Source of the DNA: an uncultured Mycoplasma sp.
GTDB taxonomy: Bacteria; Bacillota_I; Bacilli_A; RF39; UBA660
Direction: 5' to 3'
DNA: 64,000 nt
Assembly: GCA_947642635.1 (NCBI GenBank)
Contig: CANRTI010000001.1
Location: 4,975-68,974, forward strand
Made by a program: the position numbers and the translations under genes. The stretch's first letter is position 1, and every line of letters starts with the position of its first letter. Shown one piece after another: positions 54,511-62,384 of this stretch. The notes beneath the pieces were generated by a model. That model made no database searches. It was not told the origin of the DNA and worked only from the letters and a program-made list of their open reading frames with translations.

Positions 54511-55593
54511 TTATTTTTGAGTTTTTCGTTCCATCTCTTCTAAATTCATTTTTAAGCGAATATTAGAAGGATCTTTTGCAATTGCTTTTTTTATATTCTC
54601 TAAGGCTTCTTCATAATATCCTAATTCATAAGCACATATACTTAATAAATCATAAATGAAACCATTCCAAGCAAATTCTTCATTAATATATATTTTACTT
54701 TTATTATCTATAGTTAAAGCTCTTTTTAAATAATTATATGCTTGTTCTATTTCATGTTCTTCATAATAAACAAATGCTAATTCAATATAAGCTTCGCGCA
54801 TGTATGGGGCTTCATCAATAGCTTTTAGATACCAATTAAGACATTCATCAGTATTTTTTAAAGCCCGATAACTACGTGCAATAAATCGCATTGATGCTGC
54901 TCTTTCGACATTCCAAGTGCTAGATGGTAGTTCAAGGTGCTTTTTTAAAGTTTTTATACAGTCTTCATATCTTTCATAATACATATATTCCCTACCTAAA
55001 TAATGCATATTTCGGTCATCCCATGGATCTTCATTAACACTTAATTCTAAAAGAGGTAAATAATTACTGCGAGATTTCGTTCGATCAGGATAATGATTTA
55101 AAACAATATCATCACAAGCAATTTCTTTTTCTTCTTTAATTGGAGCTAAAACTTCATGAACAGGATGAGTCCAAATAAAGGCATCTCGTTTATGAATTTT
55201 ATTTAATAAATATGTTGTGGCTGGTTTGCCATATTCATCAAATGACCAATTATAAGAATAACGAACACGGTTTACTTCTTCATTCCAAACAGTAATTAAT
55301 TTATTTTTCCAACCTGGCTCAAATACTTCATCTAAATCAGTACAAACACAAATTTCATAATCTTCTGGTACTAAAGCTAAAGAATCATTACGGGCTTGAT
55401 CAAAACGAAAACTTTCATATTTTTTAATGTGAACTTCGATTCCTAATTTTTTTAATAAATTAACTGTATTATCAGTAGAACCTGTATCTAATACAACAAT
55501 TTTATCCGCTTCTTTCATAGACTCATACCATCGTTCTACAAACTTTTCTTCATTTTTAGTTATAGCATAAACACATACTTTATATTTTTTCAA
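54511..55593 (-). CDS. Family-2 glycosyltransferase with C-terminal TPR repeats
   Basis: The N-terminal VCVYAITKNEEKFVERW…VVLDTGSTDNT is GT2-like. The C-terminus has TPR-like repeats (AYNYLKRALTID…, ALENIKKAIAKDP). Confidence 0.8.
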   Translation of the reverse strand: MKKYKVCVYAITKNEEKFVERWYESMKEADKIVVLDTGSTDNTVNLLKKLGIEVHIKKYESFRFDQARNDSLALVPEDYEICVCTDLDEVFEPGWKNKLITVWNEEVNRVRYSYNWSFDEYGKPATTYLLNKIHKRDAFIWTHPVHEVLAPIKEEKEIACDDIVLNHYPDRTKSRSNYLPLLELSVNEDPWDDRNMHYLGREYMYYERYEDCIKTLKKHLELPSSTWNVERAASMRFIARSYRALKNTDECLNWYLKAIDEAPYMREAYIELAFVYYEEHEIEQAYNYLKRALTIDNKSKIYINEEFAWNGFIYDLLSICAYELGYYEEALENIKKAIAKDPSNIRLKMNLEEMERKTQK

Positions 55594-55692
55594 AATATCA
55601 CCTATTCATAATATATGCATATTTTATAATTCTGGTTAATTAATTTTCCTAAAAAAAGAACTCTATTAATTAAAATAGAATTCTTTTTGCTT

Positions 55693-56400
55693 TTAAACAT
55701 TGCTAGGGCCAATTGGGCCTGTAGGTCCCGTTGGACCTGTTGGACCAGTAACTCCTTGGATACCTTGTAATCCTTGAGGACCGGTTGGACCAGTAACACC
55801 TTGGATACCTTGTAAACCTTGAGGACCTGTTGGACCAGTAGCACCTTGAATACCTTGTAAACCTTGAGGACCGGTTGGACCAGTAGCACCTGGATTACCT
55901 TGTAAACCTTGAGGACCTGTTGGACCAGTAACACCTTGGATACCTTGTAATCCTTGAGGACCTGTTGGACCAGTAGCACCTTGGATACCTTGTAATCCTT
56001 GAGGACCTGTTGGACCAGTAGCACCTTGAATACCTTGTAATCCTTGAGGACCTGTTGGACCAGTAGCACCTGGATTACCTTGTAAACCTTGAGGACCGGT
56101 TGGGCCAACTTGACCAGGAACACCTTGAAGTCCTTGAACACCTTGTGGTCCGGTTGGACCCATTGGACCCATTGGGCCTGTAGCTCCTTGAGGTATTGTT
56201 AAATTCAAGATGAAATTTGGAGCTACTCCTGTAATACTAGCACTAGCTAATGATCCGGGAGCACCAGTTGTAACAGTTCCGATAGTGAAACTAGCATTTA
56301 TAGGAGTTCCACTATTATTACAACAACAGCATCCAGTTGGTTGATAATGTTTATTGAAGTTATCAATTATACATCTTGCTCTTTCAACATTATTTTTCAT
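55693..56400 (-). CDS. Collagen-like triple-helix-repeat protein (BclA-like)
   Basis: About 50 uninterrupted GXY triplets ([22 protein letters not shown]…) follow a 75-aa N-terminal domain containing CCCC. Confidence 0.85.
   Translation of the reverse strand: MKNNVERARCIIDNFNKHYQPTGCCCCNNSGTPINASFTIGTVTTGAPGSLASASITGVAPNFILNLTIPQGATGPMGPMGPTGPQGVQGLQGVPGQVGPTGPQGLQGNPGATGPTGPQGLQGIQGATGPTGPQGLQGIQGATGPTGPQGLQGIQGVTGPTGPQGLQGNPGATGPTGPQGLQGIQGATGPTGPQGLQGIQGVTGPTGPQGLQGIQGVTGPTGPTGPTGPIGPSNV
55700..56180 (-). repeat. Tandem 45-bp-periodic DNA repeats encoding GXY triplets
   Basis: CCTTGAGGACCTGTTGGACCAGTAGCACCTTGGATACCTTGTAAT-type units are reiterated. Confidence 0.8.
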
Positions 56401-56468
56401 TTTAACCTCCTATAGTAAATTATGGTTAAATACTAATTTTGTAAAGTTCAAATAACTAAAAAAAAGTG

Positions 56469-57986
56469 CTATTGCACTTTCTCATAAATACAACTATATC
56501 CAAGGGTGTTACGGAAATAAGTAGAAATATTTATATAAGTAGATGTATTTTCTGCTCCAAATTTTGTATTAACATCATCACTACTAAGTTCATTAGAAAG
56601 AATAATCTTTTTATTAGTATCATCAAACTCAGGAGTACCCGTAATATTATTAATTGTAATTGAACTATTTGTTGTATATTCAGCTTTTAAATTCTTATAT
56701 TGAGTTTCATCAGTAAATGTAAAAGTATGTTGCTCAAATGCTACATTTGCAAAACTATTATTTTCATCATCTTGAATACCAAATTTATCACTAATTGTCA
56801 TATTAGCATTTATGCTTGATATACTTTGCTCATTAGATGTACAGGTATAATACCCTTTTATTTTATTTTCAGTAATGATTAATGTTCCTTCAATTTCAGC
56901 AGTTTTGTTACTGTTATCTGTAACTTTTATTTTGACAGTATAAGTTCCTGGTTCCCCATTTAAATAATTATTAACAGTTGCAGTATCAACAAATTCATAA
57001 GTTTGATTATTATCTTTTAATTTGATGAATTCTGAGGCATCAATAGTTTCGCCTTTTCCTTTATAAACTTTAACTGTTTCAACTTCTAAAGCTCGATTAT
57101 CAATAACTGTTATTTTACCTTTTCGCATAGTTTCACCACAAGTAACTTTATATTCATAAGTACCTGCTTTATTTGTATCAACATCAAGAACATCTAAATT
57201 ACAATTTTTAGCATCAGTTCCCGTAATAGTTGCATAATTTCCTAATTCAATTGATAATTTTTCACCAATATTAATTTCCACATCTTTAGTTTTTATATTA
57301 ATCGCTGCTGATTGAGAAAAAATATCTGTATATTTTAAAACATAATAGGTTCCAAACCCAACAGCTGCTAAAACAATGATAACTATTACAATAAAAATAG
57401 TATTGTTTCCTTTTTTCTTTGGTTGATTTTGAGGATTTTCTGGCTCAAAAGATATTGGCGGCGTAGTACCAATTGAATTTGGTGTATCAAATCCTGGCAT
57501 TACATTAGAACTAGGTGTTGGATTATTAATTGTATTAGGATTAGTATAATTTGGTGTAACTCCGGAAGAAGACAAATTAGTATTGCCTAAATTATTTTGA
57601 TTCATTTCCATGTTATTTGGTTGCATCGGATTTTGAAAATTGTTATTAAAATTATTGGGATTGTTTAAATTACTCGGCTCATTCATCCCCATATTTAATC
57701 CATTATTAGGCATAGGATTATTGTTAAGTGGTTGACTATTCATAGGATTTACATTCAAATTATTATTTGGCATAGTATTTGGAACTGGTTCAACCGGACT
57801 TGGGGTAACATTAACTCCATTATTAGGAATTGGTGTTGGATTAACGCCTGGATTTGGCATTGGATTAGGGATGGGATTAACTCCATTATTTAACATTTCT
57901 GTACTTCCATTAGGCATCGGATTATTATTTTGATTATTAACACTTCCTAAAACTGTTCCATTAAAATTATTATTTTCATTATTCAT
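56469..57986 (-). CDS. Membrane-anchored protein with an Asn/Pro-rich N-terminal low-complexity region and an extracellular Ig-like C-terminal region
   Basis: About 190 aa of N/P-rich sequence precede a TM helix (IFIVIVIIVLAAVGFGTYYVL). A beta-rich domain of about 290 aa follows. Confidence 0.7.
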   Translation of the reverse strand: MNNENNNFNGTVLGSVNNQNNNPMPNGSTEMLNNGVNPIPNPMPNPGVNPTPIPNNGVNVTPSPVEPVPNTMPNNNLNVNPMNSQPLNNNPMPNNGLNMGMNEPSNLNNPNNFNNNFQNPMQPNNMEMNQNNLGNTNLSSSGVTPNYTNPNTINNPTPSSNVMPGFDTPNSIGTTPPISFEPENPQNQPKKKGNNTIFIVIVIIVLAAVGFGTYYVLKYTDIFSQSAAINIKTKDVEINIGEKLSIELGNYATITGTDAKNCNLDVLDVDTNKAGTYEYKVTCGETMRKGKITVIDNRALEVETVKVYKGKGETIDASEFIKLKDNNQTYEFVDTATVNNYLNGEPGTYTVKIKVTDNSNKTAEIEGTLIITENKIKGYYTCTSNEQSISSINANMTISDKFGIQDDENNSFANVAFEQHTFTFTDETQYKNLKAEYTTNSSITINNITGTPEFDDTNKKIILSNELSSDDVNTKFGAENTSTYINISTYFRNTLGYSCIYEKVQ

Positions 57987-58028
57987 TTTATCTTAGCCCC
58001 TTTTGCTACTATATATCATATTATAACT

Positions 58029-59351
58029 TTAATTGAATAATTTTTCAACAATATTTTTAAATTCTTCGCCTCTAGTTTCAAATTTATCATACTGATCCCA
58101 AGATGCACTAGCGGGAGATAATAAAACAATCTCTTTATCTTCCGAAATATCTTTGATTTTTTCTAATGCTGTTTGTAAATCATAACAGGCATAACAAAGA
58201 ATTTTTCGACTTTTGGCATACTCAACAACTCGCTTTGTTACTTCACCAATAGCATAAATACATTTAACAATATTTATTTCACTATCTAATTCATGAAAAT
58301 CTTGTTTTCTTTCCATTCCTCCTAATATTAAATGAGTTGGCTTATGCATTGTTTTAAGAGCTATTAAAGTTGAAGTCGGATTAGTAGATTTCGAATCATT
58401 GTAGAATTCTAGATTGCTACTAGTATCTACTATCTCTATTCGATGAGGAACACCATTAAACTTTTGAAAATATTGATAAATAATGTCTTTGTCAAAAGCA
58501 AATTCTTTTAAAACTACAAGAGATGCTAAAATATTTTCATAATTATGATTTCCTTTTATTTTAATATCCGATAAATTAACAATTAATTTATTATCTATAC
58601 ATATTCCTTTTTCATTATAGTAATTATTTTCATTATTGAAATATACTTTCGTACTATTTATGTCTTTAATTAATTCTAGACTATCAGGATTTTGAAAATT
58701 AATATATGCTTTAGAATTTATATTATGATGTTGAAATATTCTTTTTTTAATATTTTTATAATTTTCATAATTACCATGAAAATCTAAATGAGTTGGACAT
58801 AAATTAGTTAAAATACTATAATCTGTTTTAAAATCTTTTAAGTTATATAATTGATGGTCGGATATTTCTAAAACTAAAACACTATTCTCTTTTATATCAT
58901 GAACTATTTCACTTAAGGGATTTCCAATATTTCCCCCAACAAAAGTAGTAATTCCATGAGATTTTAAAAGTTCGGATAAAATTGTGGTTGTGGTTGTTTT
59001 ACCATTAGAACCAGTAATACCAATTATTTGAACGTTTTTAGGTAAGTAATGATAAGCTACTTCCATTTCATTTACAATAGGAATATTTAATAAATTCGCT
59101 TTTTGTACGCATAAATGTTTAGGGTCAATTCCGGGATTTTTAATCATAATATCAAAAGTTTCGTCTAATAGTTCTTCACCAGTTGGACTATTAATAAAAG
59201 TTACTCCCCACTCTTCTAACTCTTTTAAAGTTTTTGTATCAGGCATTGATTGATCTGTAACTACTATTTCATTTTTTTCATGTAATAATTTAGTTACTTG
59301 ATAACCACTTCTGGCTAAACCCAAAACAAATATTTTTTTATTTTCTAACAT
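58029..59351 (-). CDS. murD: UDP-N-acetylmuramoylalanine--D-glutamate ligase
   Basis: It has KIFVLGLARSG, GITGSNGKTTTTT and the Mur ligase C-domain. The ORF is open to GTG 59369. Confidence 0.9.
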   Translation of the reverse strand: MLENKKIFVLGLARSGYQVTKLLHEKNEIVVTDQSMPDTKTLKELEEWGVTFINSPTGEELLDETFDIMIKNPGIDPKHLCVQKANLLNIPIVNEMEVAYHYLPKNVQIIGITGSNGKTTTTTILSELLKSHGITTFVGGNIGNPLSEIVHDIKENSVLVLEISDHQLYNLKDFKTDYSILTNLCPTHLDFHGNYENYKNIKKRIFQHHNINSKAYINFQNPDSLELIKDINSTKVYFNNENNYYNEKGICIDNKLIVNLSDIKIKGNHNYENILASLVVLKEFAFDKDIIYQYFQKFNGVPHRIEIVDTSSNLEFYNDSKSTNPTSTLIALKTMHKPTHLILGGMERKQDFHELDSEINIVKCIYAIGEVTKRVVEYAKSRKILCYACYDLQTALEKIKDISEDKEIVLLSPASASWDQYDKFETRGEEFKNIVEKLFN

Positions 59352-59480
59352 ATAATCACATTCTTTCACTAATTAATTATATACTTTTATAAATATAAAA
59401 AGCAATAATTCTCTTTTAAATAATGCAAAATAAAAGAATAAAAGCAATGTCTATTACATTTTATTCTTATTTAATTTTAA

Positions 59481-61001
59481 CTATTTTATAATATAAGGGT
59501 CATTTATAGTACCTGTTCCTGATGTTATTTTTGTATTTGATGTTAGGTAAAAGACTGGACGGATTGAAATCTCGTAATCCAAATTAGGAAGGTTAATACT
59601 ACCACCAGAATATATATTCCATGCACGATAATTACTATTATCACGTCCATACCGCGACATGGTCCATTCATTTGCTCTATTTCCGCTTACTTTTGTATCG
59701 TTTTGAGTTAAATGCATCCAGCTTGTTTTACACGTTGGATATGTACCACTTGAGTTAAAACTACAATTTGTTCCTGTTTTACTTAACCCAAAATAATAAT
59801 CTGCTAGATACATTAATCCGATTTTGGCACTCACTGTTGTTGTAAATCCTTGTTCTTTTTGTAACATTTCTGCTGCTGTTACATTTGTCGCTTCATGTGT
59901 ACTAGAATTATATATATCACCATATTTCCAATTATGATTATCTATTTTATTTAACCATTTTGTTGGTAGATATTCTTCATTACCTATGAATAAATTATTA
60001 TATGTTCCTCCTGTTATTCCATTTAGTCCTTTGTATAAATCACTTTCTGGCCATTTTATATCTGATGAATATGAATTGTGCCAGTGGTATGCTGTGTTTA
60101 GTGCTTCTTTCTTAATTAACTTCATTTTATTATCTTTTGTTATACCAATTATTCGATACATATATTTATCGGTGTCATTTACACAGATATCTTTGTTATT
60201 TGTTCCAAAACAGATATAATTATCTGGATTTGTTCCATAGTATCTTACTGCAAGTTCATCTTCTGCTACTCCAGTTGATTCTACTACTCCTGAAGTTGGG
60301 TTATTAATTATATCATCAGGAGTCATTGGGTCAATAAATTCACTAACTACTTCACATTTGAAACTACTATTAGTTATATTTATATTTATTTGTTTACCAG
60401 CTAAGTTTAATTGATCTGTTTCTCTATTGTTTATTAACATAATGGCTTCTATTTTTTCTTCATTACTTCCAGTTATTTTATATACTACTGGAAGTGTTAT
60501 ACTTGTCTTATCTCCTAAGTCTTTTAAATCTATTTCTGTTGTTTCTATTTCAATACCACTTGTTGGGGTTAAGACTATCTTTCCATCACCATTTGTTAAG
60601 ACATCTTTCATACTACCATCTATTTCAATAGTTAGTGTACTTTCACATTGGTTTTTTGTATCTTCTAATCCTCCTCCTACTGAGGCAATAGCTATACTTC
60701 TTTTGGTTTCTTCTGTATCATAATTTTTATTTATATCATTAGTAGCATAATAAATTTTACCTTTATTTGCACTATTCATATCAACTGCTGATAGTTTTAA
60801 ATGAAGTTTAGGAGTTGGATTTGTTAATATTGCTTGTCCTAATCCTTCAGTATTACCTGATACATTTGTTGGATTAGTTTTATCATTAGTAGTCATTGTA
60901 TAAAATGCAAATGTTGCTCCTACTACTAAACTAATTAATGTTATTAAACCTATAATTGTTAAAATAATTGTTTTCTTTTTATTATTATTTACATTTTCCA
61001 T
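59481..61001 (-). CDS. Secreted protein with SipW-cognate-type signal peptide (506 aa), C-terminal …IRPVFYL… domain
   Basis: The signal is IILTIIGLITLISLVVGATFAFYTMTTND. The N-terminal half is paralogous to 32629-33324. Confidence 0.75.
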   Translation of the reverse strand: MENVNNNKKKTIILTIIGLITLISLVVGATFAFYTMTTNDKTNPTNVSGNTEGLGQAILTNPTPKLHLKLSAVDMNSANKGKIYYATNDINKNYDTEETKRSIAIASVGGGLEDTKNQCESTLTIEIDGSMKDVLTNGDGKIVLTPTSGIEIETTEIDLKDLGDKTSITLPVVYKITGSNEEKIEAIMLINNRETDQLNLAGKQININITNSSFKCEVVSEFIDPMTPDDIINNPTSGVVESTGVAEDELAVRYYGTNPDNYICFGTNNKDICVNDTDKYMYRIIGITKDNKMKLIKKEALNTAYHWHNSYSSDIKWPESDLYKGLNGITGGTYNNLFIGNEEYLPTKWLNKIDNHNWKYGDIYNSSTHEATNVTAAEMLQKEQGFTTTVSAKIGLMYLADYYFGLSKTGTNCSFNSSGTYPTCKTSWMHLTQNDTKVSGNRANEWTMSRYGRDNSNYRAWNIYSGGSINLPNLDYEISIRPVFYLTSNTKITSGTGTINDPYIIK

Positions 61002-61164
61002 AACTACCTACTCCTTTTATTATTAATATGGTTTATTTATATTAATTTTATACTTTTTGTTATATATACCGATAATGTTTTATATACCAAAAAAGTTGAA
61101 CACTAAATACTTTCCTATGTTCAACTTTATTATACTGGTTATATAACCATTAGTCAATTTGTAT

Positions 61165-61193
61165 TTGCATAAATTATTATTTTAATGTATAAT
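61165..61193 (+). promoter_or_regulatory. Near-consensus sigma-A promoter with no downstream ORF
   Basis: TTGCAT (61165-61170), a 17-nt spacer, then TATAAT (61188-61193). Confidence 0.55.
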
Positions 61194-61200
61194 CATTTAT

Positions 61201-61269
61201 GTAAGTGTTACTTAAAAGGTCACACCTACTAATGGTGGATGCAAAACCTTTTAGTTTTGCGTCTTTTTT
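61201..61269 (+). ncRNA. Candidate small RNA of about 70 nt (repeat copy 1), ending in an intrinsic terminator
   Basis: It starts about 7 nt after the TATAAT. The terminator is GCAAAAC-cttttaG-TTTTGC plus T6 (61241-61269). It is convergent with the 22-aa peptide ORF. Confidence 0.35.
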
Positions 61270-61294
61270 ATATTAACTTATAAATTATTAAAAG
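61203..61294 (+). repeat. 92-bp direct repeat, copy 1
   Basis: It matches 61495-61586 at 85 of 92 positions. The hairpin is retained despite substitutions in the stem. Confidence 0.8.
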
Positions 61295-61336
61295 TAATAT
61301 AATTATAATAATTAAAAGAACATCTCTTTCTCTCAT
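61268..61336 (-). CDS. Candidate 22-aa hydrophobic peptide (type I toxin-like): MRERDVLLIIIIILLLIIYKLI
   Basis: The SD AAAAGGAG lies 6 nt upstream of the ATG. Its stop codon lies within the T-run of the plus-strand terminator. A possible promoter, TTGACA-17 nt-TACACT, is on the minus strand at 61461-61433. Confidence 0.35.
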   Translation of the reverse strand: MRERDVLLIIIIILLLIIYKLI

Positions 61337-61494
61337 AACTTACTCCTTTTATAGCTAACCCCAGAATTTGTCCCAGTGATCATATTGCCATTTTTTGTCG
61401 TAAGTAGACGTCCTTTTTAGTAACACATTTCCAGTGTAAATCTGATGTTAATATTTGTCAAATATAATTACTAATTTTTTTAAATAATCGTTCA

Positions 61495-61586
61495 AAGTGT
61501 TACTTAAAAGGTCACACCTACTAATTGTAAATGCAAAACCATTTGGCTTTGCGTCTTTTTTGTATTAACTTATAAATTATTAAAAG
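61495..61586 (+). repeat. 92-bp direct repeat, copy 2
   Basis: See copy 1. The hairpin is GCAAA-a-CC-attt-GG-c-TTTGC followed by T6. Confidence 0.8.
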
Positions 61587-61636
61587 AATATTTTTCGACA
61601 AAAAAAGAAAGTAACTAAACTTTCTATCTTAAGTAT

Positions 61637-62197
61637 TTAAATATAAATTTTTTCTTTATTTTTGATTTGAAAATTTTCAATTATACCATCACTTTCAGGA
61701 ATTAAAACAATATTTTTGCTTTTTAAAGTTTTAGGCATATCAATAAGTCTTTGATTGCTAGAACCTCGGAAAAGAAGTGTTAAATCTTTTAATTCGTTAA
61801 CAAATTTACCATCTACTAAAACATCAACATATTGTAAAAATTCCAAATAAGTTTTGTTTTTCTTTCCCATATTTAATATTTCTTCATAAGTAAAACCTGT
61901 ATAACACCATACATTTAAACCAATAGTTTTGGCATGTTTAACTATAATAGTTACAGCTTCGATTTGAAATAAAGGATCACCACCACTTAAAGTGATACCA
62001 TCTTGGGTTTTTAAAGAATCTATTTCAGTTAGAATATCATCAATTGAAAAAGACATACCACCGTTAAAATCATGAGTAATAGGATTTTGGCAAAAAGGAC
62101 AATTATGAGAACAACCTTGTGTCCAAATAACTGTCCTTACACCAAAACCATCAACAACACTATCAGATTGTAGTGGTGCTGCTAGTCTTATATTCAT
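61637..62197 (-). CDS. nrdG: Anaerobic ribonucleoside-triphosphate reductase activating protein (radical SAM)
   Basis: It has GCSHNCPFCQNP (the CxxxCxxC cluster motif) and GITLSGGDP. Confidence 0.9.
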   Translation of the reverse strand: MNIRLAAPLQSDSVVDGFGVRTVIWTQGCSHNCPFCQNPITHDFNGGMSFSIDDILTEIDSLKTQDGITLSGGDPLFQIEAVTIIVKHAKTIGLNVWCYTGFTYEEILNMGKKNKTYLEFLQYVDVLVDGKFVNELKDLTLLFRGSSNQRLIDMPKTLKSKNIVLIPESDGIIENFQIKNKEKIYI

Positions 62198-62198
62198 A

Positions 62199-62354
62199 CT
62201 ATTTTACTCCTGTATGTTTTACACGATCTTGTTCTTCACATCTTTTTGCATTATTAAATCTTTCAGTAGTTCCTACTAAATATCCGGTAATACGGCGAAT
62301 TTTTTCAAATCCTACTCCTTCACCGACAGTTTTTACTTTTTTTGTTGCTTCCAT
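62199..62354 (-). CDS. Stand-alone 51-aa glycyl-radical segment of NrdD (not in the supplied ORF track)
   Basis: The sequence is MEATKKVKTVGEGVGFEKIRRITGYLVGTTERFNNAKRCEEQDRVKHTGVK. IRRITGYLV fits the glycyl-radical signature. The SD AGGAGGAG lies upstream, and the stop is 1 nt before the nrdG ATG. Confidence 0.7.
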   Translation of the reverse strand: MEATKKVKTVGEGVGFEKIRRITGYLVGTTERFNNAKRCEEQDRVKHTGVK

Positions 62355-62384
62355 TTTTATCTCCTCCTCTTTCTATAATAAATT

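Noticed and set aside
55602-56141. A 179-aa minus-strand ORF ([11 protein letters not shown] repeats) overlapping the collagen-like gene.
   Set aside because: It is an alternative reading frame of the same 45-bp-periodic DNA repeat. The GXY frame (55693-56400) has a proper N-terminal domain and start context, whereas this frame is a low-complexity artefact.
61002-61636. NrdR boxes or a CRISPR-like array in the repeat-containing gap next to nrdG.
   Set aside because: The gap lies downstream of the nrd operon, not upstream, and shows no 16-bp NrdR palindrome. There are only two 92-bp copies with a 200-bp spacer and promoter/terminator features, which is inconsistent with a CRISPR array.
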